A stretch of DNA of 34,718 bases from a virus: positions 1 to 34,718 of IMG/VR virus record IMGVR_UViG_3300021164_001320, one strand, 5' to 3'. The notes under the pieces are model-generated. The model was not told the DNA's origin. It searched no databases and was given only the letters and a program-made list of their open reading frames with translations. A program made the translations under genes and the position numbers. Within the stretch, counting starts at the first letter, position 1. Each line of letters starts with the position of its first letter. Positions 30,818 to 34,718 of this stretch are shown here, one piece after another.

Positions 30818-32467
30818 ATGAAAGTCAGCTTTGCTGCGTTCTATCTTATTTATGCTGAAACGCTGAATTGGATCGTTCCTGATTTCCATTTAGATGTCTG
30901 TGATTTCCTAGAGGATTACGGCACGCTTGGCCTATTGATGATGCCGCGTGGTCATGGCAAATCAACGATTCTTGATATCTATAACGCATGGAAGTTGTTC
31001 TGCAATCCTGAGCATTTGATCTTGCATCAGGGTGCGACCGATCCCGATGCTTATAAAGTCAGTCGTGGTACTGAACAAGTATTAGAACGTCATCCACTGA
31101 GCAACCTATTTGGAATTAAAAAGGCGCGTGGAGAGACTCAAAAGTGGTGGGTTTCAGGTTGTACCGATGTTCGCCATGGTTCTATTCACGCGCGTGGCAT
31201 TCTTTCAAACGTGACTGGATCTCGTGCAAATGAAATTCAGAATGATGATGTTGAAGTACCTTCCAATATTGGAACTCCTGAAGCGCGTGAAAAGCTACGT
31301 TATCGACTAGGTGAACAGAGTTTTATTTTAATACCAGGAGGGCAAAGATTATTTATTGGCACTCCACATACACATGATTCGCTATATACCGATATTAAAA
31401 AATTAGGTGCAAAGTGCTTGGTGCTGAAAATGTACGAAAAAGAAAAACGCTTTGAGAGCGTATCAGAAGCTATTGTTGATTTTGATCCAGTTTATGTTTT
31501 TAGTGGCATCGGTTCACAAGCCAAACTTTTGAAAGAAGGGATTAACTATACGTGGATTAAACAGGGCAATGCATACAAGATCATTTTCACTGAAAGTCAT
31601 TATTTGATTGATGTCTATGGAGAAGCTTTATGGCCTGAAAGATTTACACCTCAGGTCATGGAGGAACGCCGTAGAGAGTGTCGCACGATCAATGAATGGG
31701 ATTCACAATATCAGCTTCATGCGAAGCCTATAGGTGATGTTCGTCTTGATCCTGACAAGATGATTCCTTATGACTGTGAGCCTGTATTGAGGCGGGCAAA
31801 TGGTCGTTACATCATATTACTTGGTGAATGTCAGATTGTAGGTATCACCATGCGGTGGGACCCGTCATCTGGGAAGCTGAAATCTGATATATCCTCAGTT
31901 GCTTTAGTACTTCATGATGATTTTGGTAATAAGTACTGGCATAGATCGGTAGCCCTTACTGGTGAAGTTGTCACTCATGATCCACAAGGAAACATTATAG
32001 GTGGCCAGGTATGGCAGTTATGCGATTTGATAGAGCAGTTTAATGTGCCGAGCCTAACGATTGAGACTAACGGCATTGGTAATTTTGCGCCAGCCTCACT
32101 AAAAGGAGCATTGAAAGCAAGACGAATCCGTTGTGGTGTTAATGAGGTACACAATTCAGGCAATAAGAATAAACGGATATTGGAAGCCGTAGAAGGGCCT
32201 CTAATGTCAGGGTTGTTGTGGGTACATACCTCAGTAATTGACACACCAGAAGAAGGAGAAAATAGCTCTAGGCAATACAAAAATATGCGTATGTTTAATC
32301 CAGCAATTTCAGATCAAGCTGATGATGATTTGGATTCGTTAGCTGGTGCTATAACAGACTCACCTGAACGCGTAGGCAAAATACACAGACAAAATGAATC
32401 CCGTGAAGGCGTTAATTGGAGAACAGACGGTGGCGTGATTGAAGCCACCTTAGATTTTAACGATTAG
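30818..32467 (+). CDS. terL: Terminase large subunit
   Basis: Walker A MMPRGHGKST, Walker B-like ANEIQNDDVE, and a C-terminal RNase-H-like nuclease region. Confidence 0.85.
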   Translation: MKVSFAAFYLIYAETLNWIVPDFHLDVCDFLEDYGTLGLLMMPRGHGKSTILDIYNAWKLFCNPEHLILHQGATDPDAYKVSRGTEQVLERHPLSNLFGIKKARGETQKWWVSGCTDVRHGSIHARGILSNVTGSRANEIQNDDVEVPSNIGTPEAREKLRYRLGEQSFILIPGGQRLFIGTPHTHDSLYTDIKKLGAKCLVLKMYEKEKRFESVSEAIVDFDPVYVFSGIGSQAKLLKEGINYTWIKQGNAYKIIFTESHYLIDVYGEALWPERFTPQVMEERRRECRTINEWDSQYQLHAKPIGDVRLDPDKMIPYDCEPVLRRANGRYIILLGECQIVGITMRWDPSSGKLKSDISSVALVLHDDFGNKYWHRSVALTGEVVTHDPQGNIIGGQVWQLCDLIEQFNVPSLTIETNGIGNFAPASLKGALKARRIRCGVNEVHNSGNKNKRILEAVEGPLMSGLLWVHTSVIDTPEEGENSSRQYKNMRMFNPAISDQADDDLDSLAGAITDSPERVGKIHRQNESREGVNWRTDGGVIEATLDFND

Positions 32468-32476
32468 GGGGCAACC

Positions 32477-34718
32477 ATGGCAGTACAACCGCAAACGCCA
32501 TACAAAGAATATACCGCGAACGGCAGTACCAAGAGTTTTGCCTTAGAGTTTGATTGTGATAATCAAGACCATTTGATTGTACTGGTTGATGATGTTGAGG
32601 CAATTGTAGGCACCTGGTCATTAAGTAATGGCGCAGTGGTTTTTGGAAATGCGCCCGCCACTGGCAAGAAAATCACTGTTCAGCGAAATACTCCTTTTCG
32701 ACGTGATGGTGACTTTCAGAGCTATGACAATTCTTTTCGCCCCGGACCGGTAAATAAAGGTTTTGATTGGATTTGGTTGAAGCTACAAGAGCTTGGTGTT
32801 GCTGACTGGATTTTAAGTAATCGCATTAATGATCTGCGTGCTTATGTTGATAAGCAAGATATTGTCTTGCAAGACAATATTGATAGCTTAAAAAATTATG
32901 TTGATGACAAGGATGATGAACTTCGAAATTATCTTTTAAATGCAATTCAGGAACAAGGCGTTGCGCTTGATCAATTGGAAGAATATTACAGCTATCTAAT
33001 GCAGCAACTCGCACAAGTCGCAATTGATCGCGGTTGGGCTGCTTCATTTATCGTATCGGCGGATGGATCAACACAGCAAGAAATCAACGATTTTGGTGGT
33101 GCTAAATGGTGGGACAAACCACTTGGATATGGCATTGGCGCTACAGTAAAACTTGATAATGGCGACATCGTAAAAAGCACTATTAATGGGAATACTAACG
33201 ATCCGAATGTGGATAGGACGGGGTGGTTTCTAGTTGGAAGTGATAAAATAAAAACCGTATTAACCTTGAACAATATGTTATCACTCAATCCAGTTGATCA
33301 AGATGTTGTTCGTGTTTTGAGTTATTACACGCCAAATTATGCACTTGCTAAACCATACTTGGGTTCATCTGAATATGTATACAAACAAAGCACGGTTAGC
33401 AAATCCGATGGTTTTTTTAATATAAACGGGTGGAATCTTATATTTTCTGATACTGTCGATATTTATCAAGTCGGTTTCAAAGGTGATTATGCAACAGATG
33501 AGGGCGCTCGCTTAAACTCATTTCTAGATGCAGCAAATAAGCATGTTAAAAGTTCTAGAATTAATAAATTAATTTTAGATGGTGCGCACTCATACATTAT
33601 GAGTTCGATTCCAGTTACATTCGATCTTTGTTTTGTTGGCGCGAGAAATTTAGATATTGTAAGTACATCACTAGCTACTCTATCCAGTTACACACCCTTT
33701 GTCACACTAAAGACTACGGATTCGTGGGCAGATGTTCCTGTAAATATAAGAAAAACATTTAAACCAACATGGGAAAATGTACGTGTTGTTAGAAAACAAG
33801 GCACAGCCATACAAGAAAAAAGCATCGGTTTGATGTTAACCCCGAACAGCGTTGTTTCAATGTACAACTTGAAACTACCTGGAGGTAAAGTTAGCGAGTT
33901 TGATTACGGTGTGGTTTTTGATGAAAACTCATATTTAATTGAGTTTGATAATTTTGAAATCTCTGGATGTAACGTCTTAAAATCGACTACTTTTAGCTTA
34001 GATATTAATACGGGTAGTCAAACAAATATGGGGGAGAATATTAGATTCTTGTCCTGTACGTTTGCGAATGCGGGTAAAGTATTCGAGTTTAAAAAAGGTA
34101 CTGGATTAGGCTTGCACTACTTTGCATCATCATTTGATTACTGTGGTGGAACTGCTGCAACTGGTGGTAAACGCTGGTTTGATTTACAATCTGGTTCGGG
34201 CGAATTATCTTTTTATGGCTGTCATTTTGAGTCTGGAAATCCGAATGCAGGTTTGCTGGACAATATGTTTTACAACGACTATAGATGGAAAATCAGTATT
34301 ATTGGTGGAGAAATTCTATTTTCATCTACAACATATAATAACTGTCAGCATTTTTGTTACAACGCTGAAAATGGTCAAATCTCAATTACAGGGACTAGAA
34401 TATTTGCACCATCTGTTAAATATTGGGCTAATAAAGGGTTGCGCGATTTTAGCCCGATGTTCAATTTTAACAATCTTGGTGAGCGATACATTACTGAGAA
34501 TTACAGCAAATCTAATGCTCTTGACCCTAGAATGGAATCATCAAACATGATTGATTTAGTAGTTTGTAATGGGTTTACAACAAACGTAAATTCATCAAGT
34601 CAAGTTGTTGCATCGAGAACTAGCGTAGTTATCAACGGGATTACATATCCAGCACTTTTATTACGCAAACAACGTGGTCGCGGGATTGATGATAGTGCTG
34701 ATATTTATATACCACGTG
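32477..34718 (+). CDS. Tailspike / tail fibre with depolymerase-like beta-helix (5' part; continues at 1-470)
   Basis: SD AGGGGG lies upstream and ATG is at 32477. The frame stays open to the window end, checked codon by codon in several stretches. T7 gp17-like N-terminal adaptor pattern (YKEYTANGSTKSFALEF...LIVLVDDVE...KKITVQRNTP), a coiled-coil neck, then repetitive beta-helix-like sequence. Confidence 0.85.
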   Translation, partial: MAVQPQTPYKEYTANGSTKSFALEFDCDNQDHLIVLVDDVEAIVGTWSLSNGAVVFGNAPATGKKITVQRNTPFRRDGDFQSYDNSFRPGPVNKGFDWIWLKLQELGVADWILSNRINDLRAYVDKQDIVLQDNIDSLKNYVDDKDDELRNYLLNAIQEQGVALDQLEEYYSYLMQQLAQVAIDRGWAASFIVSADGSTQQEINDFGGAKWWDKPLGYGIGATVKLDNGDIVKSTINGNTNDPNVDRTGWFLVGSDKIKTVLTLNNMLSLNPVDQDVVRVLSYYTPNYALAKPYLGSSEYVYKQSTVSKSDGFFNINGWNLIFSDTVDIYQVGFKGDYATDEGARLNSFLDAANKHVKSSRINKLILDGAHSYIMSSIPVTFDLCFVGARNLDIVSTSLATLSSYTPFVTLKTTDSWADVPVNIRKTFKPTWENVRVVRKQGTAIQEKSIGLMLTPNSVVSMYNLKLPGGKVSEFDYGVVFDENSYLIEFDNFEISGCNVLKSTTFSLDINTGSQTNMGENIRFLSCTFANAGKVFEFKKGTGLGLHYFASSFDYCGGTAATGGKRWFDLQSGSGELSFYGCHFESGNPNAGLLDNMFYNDYRWKISIIGGEILFSSTTYNNCQHFCYNAENGQISITGTRIFAPSVKYWANKGLRDFSPMFNFNNLGERYITENYSKSNALDPRMESSNMIDLVVCNGFTTNVNSSSQVVASRTSVVINGITYPALLLRKQRGRGIDDSADIYIPR
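34578..34718. repeat. Terminal overlap, copy 2 (identical to 1-141)
   Basis: Direct comparison with the window start. Confidence 0.95.

Larger units (their letters stand above)
1..34718. mobile_element. Complete circularly permuted temperate phage genome (unit length 34,577 bp). It has integration, CI/Cro immunity, RecT/exonuclease, O-like replication, podoviral (T7/BPP-1-like) virion and lysis modules.
   Basis: The ends are an exact 141-nt direct duplication, so the sequence closes on itself. All modules of a temperate tailed phage are present. No host-like flanking genes are visible. An intact attP-like region sits next to int. Confidence 0.85.

Noticed and set aside
34122-34550. 142-aa plus-strand ORF from the ORF track
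   Set aside because: It lies in a different frame, entirely inside the open tailspike reading frame. The sequence is low-complexity and hydrophobic with no SD. It is a shadow ORF.
32477-34718. Diversity-generating retroelement (expected in BPP-1-like phages) near the tail fibre
   Set aside because: No reverse transcriptase ORF is present. I could see no template/variable repeat pair downstream of or within the tailspike 3' end.

Overview
The window is one complete, circularly permuted temperate phage genome. The first 141 nt are identical to the last 141 nt, which gives a unit length of 34,577 bp. The tailspike gene runs off the 3' end and finishes at nt 470.

Gene order on the circle:
- Tailspike 3' end, then an orphan mini-gene.
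- Lysis cassette: holin, SAR-type GH24 endolysin, a Cys/His-rich ORF, and overlapping i-/o-spanins.
- attP-like AT-rich repeat region and a P4-type tyrosine integrase (+).
- Minus-strand early-left operon: xis, three small ORFs, a RecT fusion, a PD-(D/E)XK exonuclease, and two small ORFs.
- Immunity region: an S24-type CI repressor translationally coupled to a small membrane protein. Five copies of a TTAGG-N4-CCTAA operator are split between two promoter regions.
- Plus-strand early-right genes: cro, an RHH protein, a Zn-ribbon ORF, an O-like replication protein with internal iterons, RusA, and an HTH protein.
- An AT-rich two-gene accessory cassette.
- A T7/BPP-1-like podoviral virion module: portal, scaffold, capsid, adaptor, nozzle, GNAT plus cupin, internal/ejection proteins including an SLT plus ParB-like polyvalent protein, terS, terL and tailspike. 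No phage RNA polymerase is present.

No tRNA, rRNA, CRISPR array, transposase or reverse transcriptase was seen.

Most interesting observations:
1. The AT-rich two-gene cassette at 12222-13003.
2. The cI-coupled membrane ORF.
3. A four-copy CA-rich box (YACYCAACAAACC), each followed by a terminator hairpin whose 3' arm carries the SD-like G-run of the next core gene.
4. GNAT and cupin enzymes embedded in the virion module.
5. A promoter-to-terminator mini-gene with an in-frame 9-bp tandem repeat.

All family assignments come from motif recognition by eye. No searches were run. The Acinetobacter/Moraxellaceae-like host guess is inference only.
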